Of a DNA stretch of 63,201 bases, positions 10,813 through 20,408 are shown in pieces; the first letter of the stretch is position 1; each line of letters opens with the position of its first letter. This stretch comes from Minisyncoccota bacterium (GTDB lineage: Bacteria; Patescibacteriota; Minisyncoccia; Phycocordibacterales; UBA1550). Position numbers and translations under genes: made by a program. Under the pieces are notes generated by a model, which was not told the origin of the DNA, searched no databases, and saw only the letters and a program-made list of their open reading frames with translations. The stretch lies in assembly GCA_028712595.1 (NCBI GenBank), contig JAQTPS010000002.1, positions 1 to 63,201 of the forward strand. The letters are read 5' to 3'.

Positions 10813-11319
10813 CTAATTAAGACCAAACAAGAAATGTATAATTTTTAACACCCCAGTAACTAAAAGTGTCCATGAAGTATTACTTACAATAACGCCAGCA
10901 ATAAATACTCCCCAATCCCGTCTTGATAAGCCAGAATAGGACCCCCGTCGAAACAAGAGCGTAAGCTTAAAGGGCTCAATGTATATTGATAAAACTAAGA
11001 CTCCTAGAGCAGTTTTTAGAGTATCTATTTTATGACTACCTTCTTTCTTAAGAAACCATGCAACAAATTTCCATGATTTCATCTTTTCAAAGCCCAGCAA
11101 ATCTTTTCCCATCCAATCATAAACAATAAACTGAGCCCATGTTCCCAAAAAAGAAACGGTCACCATAAACAATCCGCCGTACAGCATTCCACCGATTTCG
11201 ATGGCAATTGGATAAAGCACATATTCAAACCAGTGGTCTGTCAACCAAAGTACCAACCATCCTGTTCCAGCAAGGCCAAACCACTTAAAGAAACTTTTTG
11301 GGTTTTTTACTGTCTCCAT
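10813..11319 (-). CDS. hypothetical integral membrane protein (168 aa, about 4 TM)
   Basis: Hydrophobic-segment pattern, with a terminator immediately downstream. Confidence 0.5.
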   Translation of the reverse strand: METVKNPKSFFKWFGLAGTGWLVLWLTDHWFEYVLYPIAIEIGGMLYGGLFMVTVSFLGTWAQFIVYDWMGKDLLGFEKMKSWKFVAWFLKKEGSHKIDTLKTALGVLVLSIYIEPFKLTLLFRRGSYSGLSRRDWGVFIAGVIVSNTSWTLLVTGVLKIIHFLFGLN

Positions 11320-11418
11320 TTTTTTGCATTATATCATTATTTAAGATGGCCCACTAACGAAAAACTCGTAAATAAATTTAATTTATCTAAAAAGTCAAGG
11401 GCACGTGCGCGGAGTAAC

Positions 11419-11449
11419 AAAAACACCCTCTTTCTCGGCAGAAAGAGGG
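11419..11449 (-). terminator. rho-independent terminator
   Basis: 9-bp stem ccctctttc/gaaagaggg with loop tcggca, followed on the minus strand by T5. Confidence 0.45.
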
Positions 11450-11482
11450 GTTGGGGCAAAGTGTTGCATGTCTCCAGGCGAC

Positions 11483-11626
11483 TTATATTCCACATCCGTT
11501 ATAACAACTGGGTCCACCTTGAACATCTTTGGGGTCATCACGTTTTGGCATTTCTTTTTTGTTTATCCTGTTTTCTGGAACTTTTGGTGTATCCATGTCA
11601 TCGTTTGGGTCTCCGTTGCTATTCAT
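11483..11626 (-). CDS. possible 47-aa small protein (below the ORF-track cutoff)
   Basis: Own translation: MNSNGDPNDDMDTPKVPENRINKKEMPKRDDPKDVQGGPSCYNGCGI*. It is the only minus-strand ORF in a 430-nt gap and is followed by the terminator above. Confidence 0.2.
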   Translation of the reverse strand: MNSNGDPNDDMDTPKVPENRINKKEMPKRDDPKDVQGGPSCYNGCGI

Positions 11627-11751
11627 ATTGTAAATGGGAAGGAAATAAAAAAAGAATATAGAATTCTTGGTTGCAAAACAATCCTACAAATAACTACTCC
11701 CTACTTAGAACGTATCACACGCACCCAAAATGAGTCAAGAGTTGAAATAAA

Positions 11752-12333
11752 TTACTTCTTGCGTGTAATAAAATGAAACTGGTGAAAGCGCTTCAGTTTT
11801 CCGAGGGCGCTTTTCTTTTTTACATCTTTTTCCTCAATTTTTATAATCTCCATACCAGAGAACAGGTCCTCCGTTTGTTTTTTTGATAGATATGTTAACC
11901 GTACACCAGGAATAATACTCTGGTCGTAGTCGCCAAAGATTTGTCCAGCAAAGATACCACCTGTTTTTAAAGACGCCTTAATGCGTTCCATAACAAGATT
12001 AAAATTTTCTGGCGATATGTACGAAAGTGAAAATTGTGCATTTATGACATCAAAATGCTCTTTTGGAAAAGTAAAGTCCTCAAATTTACTCCGCACGAAA
12101 GAAAAGTTCCTGGAATCAATACGTTTTGCGTATTCTTCCGCCGTTTTATCGCTGTCTATGGATGTAACATGTTTGAACCCTTCAGAAAGAAGATGTTTTG
12201 AATCCAACTGAGCCCCAGAACCAAGGTCAAGCGCCTCCCCTTTTGATTTGACAAACTGCAAAGCTTCCACCAAGAGTGGCCTTGTTTTAGATTCACTTGT
12301 TTTATCAATATATTTTTTCCAAGAAGTTTCCAT
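11752..12333 (-). CDS. class I SAM-dependent methyltransferase (TehB-like)
   Basis: ALDLGSGAQLDSKHLLSEGFKHVTSIDSD (motif I and post-I). Confidence 0.72.
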   Translation of the reverse strand: METSWKKYIDKTSESKTRPLLVEALQFVKSKGEALDLGSGAQLDSKHLLSEGFKHVTSIDSDKTAEEYAKRIDSRNFSFVRSKFEDFTFPKEHFDVINAQFSLSYISPENFNLVMERIKASLKTGGIFAGQIFGDYDQSIIPGVRLTYLSKKQTEDLFSGMEIIKIEEKDVKKKSALGKLKRFHQFHFITRKK

Positions 12334-12351
12334 AATTTAAATATTACAACT

Positions 12352-13440
12352 TTAAATCCCCTCTTTGCGTAAATCTTCGATGAGTTTTTGGGCTTGGCGC
12401 GAGAGCTTAGCGGGAGTTTTGACCTCAATTTTTATAAATAGATCGCCACGATGCCTTGTGTCTACCGGAACACCCTTGCTACGCACACGAAGAACGTCAC
12501 CAGTAGAAACACCTTTTGGAATAGTGAGTTCTATTTCGCCATCCAGTGTTTGCACGGGATAAACAGCGCCCAAAATCGCATCCGTGAGTTTGACATTCAG
12601 GTTCATAACAAGATTTTCTTGTTCACGCTTGAAAACAGAGTGAGGAACAACGTGAATTTTTACATACAAATCCCCCGTCGGACCGTTTTTAACTGCTTCG
12701 CCTGCGCCTGTCATACGAAGGGTTTGTCCATTTTCAATACCCGACGGCACTCGGATTGTAATTTCTTCTGCCTTGCGAAGGACTCCATCTCCTTTACAGG
12801 TAGCACATTTTTCGTCAGGAATTTTTCCAGAACCGCCACAAGTTGGACATTCACGAACTTGAGCAAAACTCCCAAGGAATGAGCGTTTGATTTCTTTCAA
12901 ACTTCCCTGCCCTTTACACTCACCGCAGGTCTTCATAGCGCTTCCCGGTCTTGCGCCAGAACCCTTACATGACTGGCAAGCCGAAACTTTTGTTATTGTA
13001 ACTTTTCTTTCTACGCCAAAAACAGCTTCAGAAAAGCTAATTTGCAGGTCTACCGAAATATCTCTTCCACGGCGCGCTTTTCCGGAACTCCTTGCGCTAC
13101 GTCCGCCAAAAAGATCCCCAAAGATGTCATTTAGGTCAATATTTTCAAATCCTTGACCGTTAAAACCGCCACCAAAGCCCGAGAAATCAAATCCTCCGGT
13201 TTGGCCCTGGGCGCCACCAAAGCCCGCGCCACCGCCTACGGAGCCGTAAGTGTCATATTCAGCGCGTTTTTTCTCGTCCGAAAGGACTTGATAGGCCTCA
13301 TTAACTTCCTTAAACATCTTTTCATCACCACCTTTGTCGGGATGATGTTTGTGCGCAAGTTTACGGAACGCTTTTTTGATTTCGTCCGCGGAAGCGTTTT
13401 TTTCTACGCCTAGTGTTTTATAATAATCTTTCTTAGGCAT
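12352..13440 (-). CDS. dnaJ: molecular chaperone DnaJ
   Basis: J domain with HPD ([12 protein letters not shown]), a G/F region, and four CxxCxGxG zinc repeats. Confidence 0.95.
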   Translation of the reverse strand: MPKKDYYKTLGVEKNASADEIKKAFRKLAHKHHPDKGGDEKMFKEVNEAYQVLSDEKKRAEYDTYGSVGGGAGFGGAQGQTGGFDFSGFGGGFNGQGFENIDLNDIFGDLFGGRSARSSGKARRGRDISVDLQISFSEAVFGVERKVTITKVSACQSCKGSGARPGSAMKTCGECKGQGSLKEIKRSFLGSFAQVRECPTCGGSGKIPDEKCATCKGDGVLRKAEEITIRVPSGIENGQTLRMTGAGEAVKNGPTGDLYVKIHVVPHSVFKREQENLVMNLNVKLTDAILGAVYPVQTLDGEIELTIPKGVSTGDVLRVRSKGVPVDTRHRGDLFIKIEVKTPAKLSRQAQKLIEDLRKEGI

Positions 13441-13446
13441 TTTTTA

Positions 13447-15339
13447 TTAGCCCTGCTTTTTGTCATCGCCCTCTTTGAACTCTGCATCTCGAACATTTCC
13501 ATCACCTTCTTTCTTTGCTTCGCCAGAAGATGCCTCCGCATTCTTTGCCATTGCCTCGCCTATCTTTGAAAGTTCAGTTGAAAGTTCCGTTCCGGCCTTT
13601 TTCATAGCTTCAACATCGGTGCCAGCGCTTGCTGTCTTTGCCGATTGAATCTTTGCCTCAACTGCGGTTTTAATATCAGCAGGAACCTTATCGCCATTGT
13701 CGCGAAGCGCTTTTTCAGAACTGTAAACAAGCTGATCGAGTATGTTTTTGTTCTCGGCAATGTCGTGTTTCTTTGCATCTTCAGCAGCATTTACTTCGGC
13801 TTCTTTCTTCATTCGCTCGATATCTTCTTTGCTCAAACTAGATCTTGCTTCAATTCGAATTGACTGCTCTTTGCCGGTGGTTTTTTCTTTTGCTTTTACT
13901 TGCAAAATGCCGTTTGCGTCAACGTCGAACGTTACTTCAATTTGAGGAAGTCCGCGAGGCGCCGGTGGAATGCCGTCCAAGATGAACTTGCCGAGCGACT
14001 TGTTGTCAGGAGCCATTGGACGCTCGCCTTGCACGACGTGGATTTCTACAGAAGTTTGATTGTCAGCTGCAGTTGAAAAAACTTGCGAACGCGATGCCGG
14101 AATGGTCGTGTTCTTCTCAATAAGTTTTGTTGCCACATTTCCGAAAGTTTCAATGCCGAGAGAAAGTGGGATAACATCGAGGAGAAGAACATCTTTGACA
14201 TCTCCCTGAAGAATTCCTGCCTGAATTGCAGCACCAACAGCCACAACTTCGTCTGGGTTGATTGTAAGATTTGGCTCTTTGCCAAATAGATCTTTGACGG
14301 CTTTTACTATAGCAGGCATTCTAGTCTGTCCTCCAACCATTATGATTTCGTCAATATCTTCTTTTTTGAATGGTGATGCGGCAATTGCGCGTTTTGTGAT
14401 TTCAATTGATTTATCAATGTACTCACGAGCAAGTTCCTCAAGTTTTGTTCGAGTGAGTTTGAGTAGCAAGTGTCTAGGGCCAGAGGCATCTGAAGTGATG
14501 AACGGAATGTTTACTTCTGCTTCGAGCGTCGTCGAGAGTTCGTGTTTTGCCTTTTCTGAGGCTTCCTTGAGGCGCTGGAGAGCCATTACGTCCTTCGAAA
14601 CGTCTATGCCTGACTCTTTCTTAAACTCATCGGAAATCCAGCGAATAATCTTTTGGTCAATGTCTTCGCCCCCCATATGCACATCTCCATCCGTTGATTT
14701 GACTTCGATGACATCATCTCCTACTTCAAGAACGGAAATATCAAATGTTCCTCCGCCGAAATCGTATACCGCAATTTTTTCATCTTTCTTTTTATTAAAT
14801 CCGTACGCGAGAGCTGCGGCTGTTGGTTCATTGATAATGCGCTTAACATTAAAGCCAGCAATTTGTCCGGCATCTTTTGTCGCCTGCCTTTGTGAGTCGT
14901 TAAAATATGCAGGAACAGTGATTACCGCTTCAGTAATTTTTTCTCCGAGTTTTGCTTCAGCATCTTGCTTTAGTTTTTGCAAAACCATTGCTGAAACTTC
15001 CTCTGGACGATAGAAGCGATCACCCATTTTCACTTTAACTCCGCCGTTGTCTGCGCGCTCAATTGTGAAAGCGGCATTTTTTTTGTCGCGCTGAACACCG
15101 TCATCGTCGTAGCTGTGACCAATCAAACGCTTGATGCCAAAAAGCGTATTAAGCGGATTTGTTACAGCCTGGCGCTTTGCAAGGAGCCCCACAAGGCGCT
15201 CGCCACTCTTTGAGAGAGCTATAACAGACGGCGTTGTTCTCACGCCTTCAATATTTTCAATTATTCGTGGCTCTCCGCCTTCGATAATTGCCATTGCGGA
15301 ATTTGTTGTTCCTAAATCAATACCTAAAATTTTTGTCAT
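13447..15339 (-). CDS. dnaK: molecular chaperone DnaK (Hsp70)
   Basis: [17 protein letters not shown]-type ([10 protein letters not shown]), and VGGQTRMP. Confidence 0.97.
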   Translation of the reverse strand: MTKILGIDLGTTNSAMAIIEGGEPRIIENIEGVRTTPSVIALSKSGERLVGLLAKRQAVTNPLNTLFGIKRLIGHSYDDDGVQRDKKNAAFTIERADNGGVKVKMGDRFYRPEEVSAMVLQKLKQDAEAKLGEKITEAVITVPAYFNDSQRQATKDAGQIAGFNVKRIINEPTAAALAYGFNKKKDEKIAVYDFGGGTFDISVLEVGDDVIEVKSTDGDVHMGGEDIDQKIIRWISDEFKKESGIDVSKDVMALQRLKEASEKAKHELSTTLEAEVNIPFITSDASGPRHLLLKLTRTKLEELAREYIDKSIEITKRAIAASPFKKEDIDEIIMVGGQTRMPAIVKAVKDLFGKEPNLTINPDEVVAVGAAIQAGILQGDVKDVLLLDVIPLSLGIETFGNVATKLIEKNTTIPASRSQVFSTAADNQTSVEIHVVQGERPMAPDNKSLGKFILDGIPPAPRGLPQIEVTFDVDANGILQVKAKEKTTGKEQSIRIEARSSLSKEDIERMKKEAEVNAAEDAKKHDIAENKNILDQLVYSSEKALRDNGDKVPADIKTAVEAKIQSAKTASAGTDVEAMKKAGTELSTELSKIGEAMAKNAEASSGEAKKEGDGNVRDAEFKEGDDKKQG

Positions 15340-15390
15340 AATGTTTATTGGTAAATTAAAGTTTTAATAATTTTTTCGACTCTTTTCTTT

Positions 15391-16023
15391 TCATTCTTTG
15401 ACAACACCCACTTTTACTTTTGCCGGACGAATAATTTTGCTGTGTAGCCGATATCCTTTTTGTACCACTTCCACAACGGTGTCTGTGTTGGGAGGACCGC
15501 CTGCCTGCGCGGGCGGATCAATATTTACTTCCTCTACTGTAATATGTAAACGCGGATCTACTTTTTCACCTACTGTACCAATCGAAGCGAGGCCCCTGGA
15601 CTCCAGAACCGAAACTAGTTGACCATAAATATACTCAACCCCTTTTCGCCAATTCATATCTACTTTTTCCCATGCTTCTTTGTTTGCAAAAGCCATTGTA
15701 AAACTATCCAAAACAGGAAGTAAGTCCTCAACAAGGCCTTCGGAAGCAAACTTTATGAGCTCTCCTCGGCGCGCATCATCTTCTTTCCTGGCATTGATAA
15801 AATCGGCGCGCATTCTCTGCCAACCGTCCAGATATTCTTTCTTTTCCTGCTCGCATTTGTGGAGCTTTTCTCTGACTTTTTTTAGAACGAGAGAGCTGTT
15901 TTCGCTTTCTTCCTCATTTTCAAATTCTAGTTCTTCTGAATCAACTGGTACTTCAGGAAGAAGCCTCTCTTCCTCGTCTTTTGTAAGCTCTTCTTTGGGA
16001 TTTTTATCTGTTGTATCTATCAT
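15391..16023 (-). CDS. grpE: nucleotide exchange factor GrpE
   Basis: Acidic N-terminus, coiled coil, and a C-terminal beta domain (KGYRLHSKIIRPAKVKV). Sits in the operon position upstream of dnaK. Confidence 0.9.
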   Translation of the reverse strand: MIDTTDKNPKEELTKDEEERLLPEVPVDSEELEFENEEESENSSLVLKKVREKLHKCEQEKKEYLDGWQRMRADFINARKEDDARRGELIKFASEGLVEDLLPVLDSFTMAFANKEAWEKVDMNWRKGVEYIYGQLVSVLESRGLASIGTVGEKVDPRLHITVEEVNIDPPAQAGGPPNTDTVVEVVQKGYRLHSKIIRPAKVKVGVVKE

Positions 16024-16121
16024 ATTGGAGTAGTATTATAGCATACTTGGACCTATTAAAAAAGATGAATTATCAAGGACAATTTCATCTTTTTTGTTTT
16101 TACAAATCAAACTTAATGCGC

Positions 16122-16598
16122 TTAGCGCTTTGACCACTGTGGAGCCTTGCGGGCTTTCTTCAAGCCGAACTTTCGGCGTTCTTTTACGCGTGGATCACGC
16201 TTCAAAAATCCGAGCTTCTTTAGGCGACTTCTGCTTTCTGCATCGTATTTTACAAAGGCTCGAGAAAGGCCGTGACGAATAGCTTCCGCTTGAGAGTGAA
16301 TTCCTCCTCCGCTTACAATAACAGTGATTGTGAATTTCCCAACAATTTTTGATTTTTCGATAGCATCGTTTACGATGTTTCGCAATTCTATAGTAGGAAA
16401 ATAAGACGGAACGTCTTTGCCATTTACGGTCATGTTCCCTTTTGAGGATTCCGTGAGACGTACGCGTGCAGTTGATGTCTTGCGACGACCAATTGTTTCA
16501 ATATAAGACGAATCTGCCTTTTTTGTAGATTTAGCAGTAGGCTTTTTCCCCTTGATTGCTTTCTCTTCAGTTTTGGTTTCTGTTTTTGATGTCGTCAT
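16122..16598 (-). CDS. rpsI: 30S ribosomal protein S9 with a Lys/Thr-rich N-terminal extension
   Basis: C-terminus GGGIHSQAEAIRHGLSRA...RDPRVKERRKFGLKKARKAPQWSKR. Confidence 0.94.
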   Translation of the reverse strand: MTTSKTETKTEEKAIKGKKPTAKSTKKADSSYIETIGRRKTSTARVRLTESSKGNMTVNGKDVPSYFPTIELRNIVNDAIEKSKIVGKFTITVIVSGGGIHSQAEAIRHGLSRAFVKYDAESRSRLKKLGFLKRDPRVKERRKFGLKKARKAPQWSKR

Positions 16599-16605
16599 AT
16601 AATTA

Positions 16606-16959
16606 TTAATCGGTGACTGTTAAACGCTTCATTCTTTCTTTATGTAAACGATTGCGAGGGACCATTCGCCCTACTGCGTGAATAAAAACTTCTCCATATC
16701 CTTTGTTCTCGATCATATGAGCCACACCTCTCTCTTTTAGTCCTCCTGGGTAACCTGAATACATTTTTGACTGAACTTCTTTGAGTTTTGGGGCGTCGAT
16801 GATTACTTTTGATGCATTTTCAATGACCACCTGAACATCGGCAACTTGATTTTTCTGAAATTTTACTGAAGTTTTTCCCATAAGCACGCTTGCAGCCTCG
16901 GTTGCTACGCGCCCCACGGACTTTCCTTTTGCGTCAATTTTGTATGCTGTAGTTGTCAT
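16606..16959 (-). CDS. rplM: 50S ribosomal protein L13
   Basis: ORF 16606..17007. The ATG at 16959 (MTTTAYKIDAKGKSVGRVATEAA...) avoids overlapping rplQ. YSGYPGGLKE motif present. Confidence 0.9.
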   Translation of the reverse strand: MTTTAYKIDAKGKSVGRVATEAASVLMGKTSVKFQKNQVADVQVVIENASKVIIDAPKLKEVQSKMYSGYPGGLKERGVAHMIENKGYGEVFIHAVGRMVPRNRLHKERMKRLTVTD

Positions 16960-16963
16960 GTGT

Positions 16964-17323
16964 TTATACAAATTCAATAATTGCCATCTTGCTTGCATCG
17001 CCTCCACGACGAGGAAGCTTCATAACCCTTGTGTATCCGCCCGGACGAGTGGCATAGCGAGGAGAAATTTCGCTGATAATTTTTTTTGCAGCTACTTCTC
17101 CTTCTGTTCCTCCAAGTCGCGAAATGATGAGCTGGCGTGAAGCCAAATCTCCCTTACGGCCTTTTGTGATCAAGCTCTCAATAAAAGGACGAAGCTCTTT
17201 AGCTCGCGCTTCTGTGGTTTCTATGTGTTCCTCTCTAACTAGAGCAAGAGCGAGAGATCGCATAAGCGCCAAGCGCCCTGCATGATCTCTTCCGAATTTT
17301 CTCATCGACTTGTGGTGTTTCAT
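16964..17323 (-). CDS. rplQ: 50S ribosomal protein L17
   Basis: MKHHKSMRKFGRDHAGRLALMRSLA...IETTEARAKELR. Confidence 0.94.
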   Translation of the reverse strand: MKHHKSMRKFGRDHAGRLALMRSLALALVREEHIETTEARAKELRPFIESLITKGRKGDLASRQLIISRLGGTEGEVAAKKIISEISPRYATRPGGYTRVMKLPRRGGDASKMAIIEFV

Positions 17324-17342
17324 AAAATTTATCTAAATACTA

Positions 17343-18308
17343 TTATTCCTTGATTGTGATGTTGTACTGTGCGAGGGCGCGCTTGATTTCCTGAATTCCC
17401 TTGTCTCCAAGCCCATCAATCTCAAGGAGATCCTCTTCAGTCTTTCTTGCAAGACCTCCAACCGTACGAATGTTTGCGTTGGAAAGAGCGTTGTTTGTGC
17501 GAGTTGAAAGATTGAGATTTTCGATGCGAACTTTCAAAAACTCGCTGTCTCCCGCATCTTTCTTTGAAGCCTTCTCTGTGGTTGCCTCGCTGGCAACTTC
17601 TTTTGTTTCTTTCGGCTCAACAAAGCCGATAACCGCCTTGAGCTGTTTGATCATAATTTCAATTGACGCCTCAAGCGCGCGACGTGGCAAAATCGTGCCG
17701 TCTGTTTCAATCATTATGGTCAAGCGGTTGTAGTCTGTGCGATCTCCAACACGCATGTTGTCAACTTCGTACTTAACATAACGAATAGGAGTAAAGATTG
17801 CATCTACAGCAATCGTGCCAATATCAATCTTCCCCTTTTGGTGAACTTCCTTGGAAACATAGCCGAACCCTTTTACTATTGTCATTTCAATAACGAGTGA
17901 TGCGCTTTTGGAAGTTAGCGTTGCAATTTTAAGTTCTGGATTTAGAACTTCAACTTGACCAGAAAGAGTAATGTCTCCAGCAGTCACTTCTTTTACTCCC
18001 TTAACGGAAAGAGTCACAACCTGTGGTTCATCTGTTGCTAGCTTAAAACGAATCTTCTTCAAATTGAGAAGAATGGTTATGACGTCTTCCTTAACTCCCT
18101 CAATAGTAGAGAACTCGTGCTCTACTCCTTCAATCTTAACTGTGGTGATAGCTGCGCCCAAAAGAGATGACAAAATTATACGGCGAAGCGAGTTGCCAAG
18201 CGTATGCCCGTAACCAGGATAAAGTTCTCCAATTTCATAAGTTCCCTTAAAACCATCCTCCGAGAGGACTTTTGGTTTTGATGGCAAAGTGATGTTGTAA
18301 TCCTGCAT
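17343..18308 (-). CDS. rpoA: DNA-directed RNA polymerase alpha subunit
   Basis: GYGHTLGNSLRRILLSS-type N-terminal domain, and a C-terminal domain with LNLSTRTNNALSNANIRTVGGL. Confidence 0.95.
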   Translation of the reverse strand: MQDYNITLPSKPKVLSEDGFKGTYEIGELYPGYGHTLGNSLRRIILSSLLGAAITTVKIEGVEHEFSTIEGVKEDVITILLNLKKIRFKLATDEPQVVTLSVKGVKEVTAGDITLSGQVEVLNPELKIATLTSKSASLVIEMTIVKGFGYVSKEVHQKGKIDIGTIAVDAIFTPIRYVKYEVDNMRVGDRTDYNRLTIMIETDGTILPRRALEASIEIMIKQLKAVIGFVEPKETKEVASEATTEKASKKDAGDSEFLKVRIENLNLSTRTNNALSNANIRTVGGLARKTEEDLLEIDGLGDKGIQEIKRALAQYNITIKE

Positions 18309-18370
18309 AATGGTAAAAATTAGACGATGAAACTATACATTATATTCCTAATAAAAGCAAACAAGGAACA

Positions 18371-18981
18371 TTAACGGCTGTAAAACTCAATGACGGATGT
18401 AAGATTGAACGTGTGCTCGCCCTGGGTGGCTTTCGGCTTGCCCTGGACGGTGGCTGTCTGTTTAAGCGGATCCACCTTAAGCCACGTAGGCGCTACTAGA
18501 GCAGTCAGTTTTTCGGTCAATCCAAAAAAAGTACGGAGCCCTTACTGCCTTCGCGAATCGCGACAACATCTCCGGTGTGAAGACGGCGAGATGGAATGTA
18601 GCAACGACTGCCATTTACTGTGATGTGACCATGCGACACAACCTGACGAGCCACCGCGCGGGAAGAAACAAAACCTGCGCGCAAAACCACGTTATCTAAA
18701 CGAGACTCAAGTGTCTCGAAAAGATATTCGGCAGGGTTGATACCTTTTTTGCCGAATGCTTCTTTCACATAGTTCCCGAACTGTTTCTCGCGTAAACCAT
18801 ATGTATTGCGAACCTTCTGCTTCTCACGAAGCTGGTTGCCGTAGTCAGTCTGAGGAGAGCGGTGCTTGCGGTCAGAAAGAAGTCGTCCTGGTGGGTAAGG
18901 ACGAGTTTTAAATGCACACTTCTCACGGCCACAAAGTGACTCTCCGAGACGACGACAAACTTTACATGCAACTCTGGTCAT
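18371..18981 (-). CDS. rpsD: 30S ribosomal protein S4, interrupted: residues 1-154 in frame 0 (18517..18981), C-terminal ~48 residues in the -1 frame (18371..18516)
   Basis: The N-terminal ORF ends ...REGSKGSVLFLD* just after a T7 run (A7 at 18524-18530 on the plus strand). Own translation of the -1 frame gives TEKLTALVAPTWLKVDPLKQTATVQGKPKATQGEHTFNLTSVIEFYSR*, the canonical S4 C-terminus. Confidence 0.88.
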
Positions 18982-18994
18982 ATTTTATAATATA

Positions 18995-19429
18995 TTAAAT
19001 CCTTCTTGGCTTCTTTGGCTTCGGACCATTGTGAGGCACAGGCGTGACATCGCGAATCAAAGTGATATCAATACCTTTTGAGTTGAAAGCGCGGATGGAG
19101 CTTTCACGTCCTGCTCCAACACCTTTTACAACCACATCAACCTCTTTAACTCCCATCATCGCTGCTTTTTCCCCCAATAGTTCGCCAACTTTTGCAGCAG
19201 CAAATGGAGTTCCCTTCTTGGCGCCTCTAAAACCGAGAGACCCGGAAGATGACCAGAGGAGCAAATTGCCCTTCTTGTCTGCAAGCATCAATTTGGTGTT
19301 GTTGTAAGTAGATTGAACAAAAAGGATCCCAGAAACATGCTTCTTTTTTGTACTCTGAGAAAGCGAGCGGGATACCAATCCCTGATCTGCTGTCTGTCCT
19401 TCTTTCTGGATAATTCTTTTTTTGCCCAT
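18995..19429 (-). CDS. rpsK: 30S ribosomal protein S11
   Basis: GSLGFRGAKKGTPFAA...GAGRESSIRAF...DVTPVPHNG. Confidence 0.95.
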   Translation of the reverse strand: MGKKRIIQKEGQTADQGLVSRSLSQSTKKKHVSGILFVQSTYNNTKLMLADKKGNLLLWSSSGSLGFRGAKKGTPFAAAKVGELLGEKAAMMGVKEVDVVVKGVGAGRESSIRAFNSKGIDITLIRDVTPVPHNGPKPKKPRRI

Positions 19430-19456
19430 AGTGATAATATATTGATTCTGAATCTA

Positions 19457-19837
19457 TTATTTCTTTTCTTCTTTGCGACGCCCTGAACCCATTGTCTTTC
19501 TAACGTTTCCACGAACAGTGCGTGAGTTTGTCTTTGTACGCTGTCCACGAGTAGGAAGTTTTTTTGCGTGGCGAGAACCTCGATAAGACTTGATGTCTTT
19601 GAGGCGCTTGATTGCATTCGAAACCTTGCGCTTGAGGTCACCTTCGAGAGTTACTCCTTCGAGTTCCTTCCTAATAGCTACTTCCTCCTCGGCTGTTAAA
19701 TCTTTTGCGCGTTTGCCATAATCAATGCCAGTTTTATCCAAAATGGATTTTGCGCGAGATCTCCCGATGCCGTAGACGGCCGTAAGACCTATTTCTAATC
19801 GCTTTTCATTTGGTAGAGTGACTCCTAAAATACGCAT
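19457..19837 (-). CDS. rpsM: 30S ribosomal protein S13
   Basis: MRILGVTLPNEKRLEIGLTAVYGIGRSRA...SYRGSRHAKKLPTRGQRTKTN. Confidence 0.95.
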   Translation of the reverse strand: MRILGVTLPNEKRLEIGLTAVYGIGRSRAKSILDKTGIDYGKRAKDLTAEEEVAIRKELEGVTLEGDLKRKVSNAIKRLKDIKSYRGSRHAKKLPTRGQRTKTNSRTVRGNVRKTMGSGRRKEEKK

Positions 19838-19857
19838 ATTATAGTATAAATTTAATA

Positions 19858-19971
19858 TTAGCCCTGGCGCTGTTTGTGTTTAGGGTTTGTGCAAATAACA
19901 CGAATGCGGTCGCCCCTCTTGACCGTTTTACATTTAACGCAAATTTTCTTTACTGATGATCTTACTTTCAT
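19858..19971 (-). CDS. rpmJ: 50S ribosomal protein L36 (37 aa; not in the ORF track)
   Basis: Own translation: [37 protein letters not shown]. Confidence 0.92.
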   Translation of the reverse strand: MKVRSSVKKICVKCKTVKRGDRIRVICTNPKHKQRQG

Positions 19972-20063
19972 AAAAACTCTCTCGTGTTCCCCATAAAAAA
20001 TCAGGGTTCAGGAGAGAAGGCGAAAAAACTACAAACAAACTTACCGAACAAAACAATGGGGCC

Positions 20064-20092
20064 ATTCTATAACACTTTGAAATTAAATGCAA
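20064..20092 (-). promoter_or_regulatory. internal promoter between infA and rpmJ, -35 TTGCAT / 17 nt / -10 TAGAAT
   Basis: Hexamers read on the minus strand (20087-20092 and 20064-20069), inside an unusually long 170-nt infA-rpmJ spacer. Confidence 0.4.
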
Positions 20093-20141
20093 GGGATAGC
20101 TTCATAGAACCGAAAACTGCCCAGAGGGAGTCAAAATGGGT

Positions 20142-20357
20142 TCACAATCGCTTCACAATACGACCTTTTCCGCCGTACGGATCAAGCTTAACAATAACCT
20201 TGTCTCCTATGAGAACCTTGATGCGATGAAGGCGCATTTTACCAGCTAGATAGCAAATCAAAACCTTCCCATCTGGAAACTGGATACGAAAAGTGGCACT
20301 CGGTAATGCTTCAATTACTTCTCCCTGGACCAATTCTTCTTTCTCTGTTTCTACCAT
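20142..20357 (-). CDS. infA: translation initiation factor IF-1
   Basis: 71 aa. GEVIEALPSATFRIQFPDGKVLICYLAGKMRLHRIKVLIGDKVIVKLDPY. Confidence 0.94.
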   Translation of the reverse strand: MVETEKEELVQGEVIEALPSATFRIQFPDGKVLICYLAGKMRLHRIKVLIGDKVIVKLDPYGGKGRIVKRL

Positions 20358-20408
20358 TGTGGAGCTATATGCTAACAGATATAATACCTTGAGTCAACGA
20401 ATCCATTT

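Noticed and set aside
14258-15013. A 251-aa antisense ORF inside dnaK, and similar long antisense ORFs inside the kinase (7869..8480), rpoA, alaS, leuS, the malic enzyme (49774..50232) and others.
   Set aside because: Each lies opposite a strongly supported conserved gene. Their Ser/Phe/Ile-rich, low-complexity translations are typical shadow ORFs.
16024-16121. A CIRCE/HrcA operator upstream of grpE-dnaK-dnaJ.
   Set aside because: No TTAGCACTC-N9-GAGTGCTAA-like inverted repeat is present. The spacer holds only the rpsI terminator hairpin and a TG-extended TATAAT box 11 nt from the grpE ATG.
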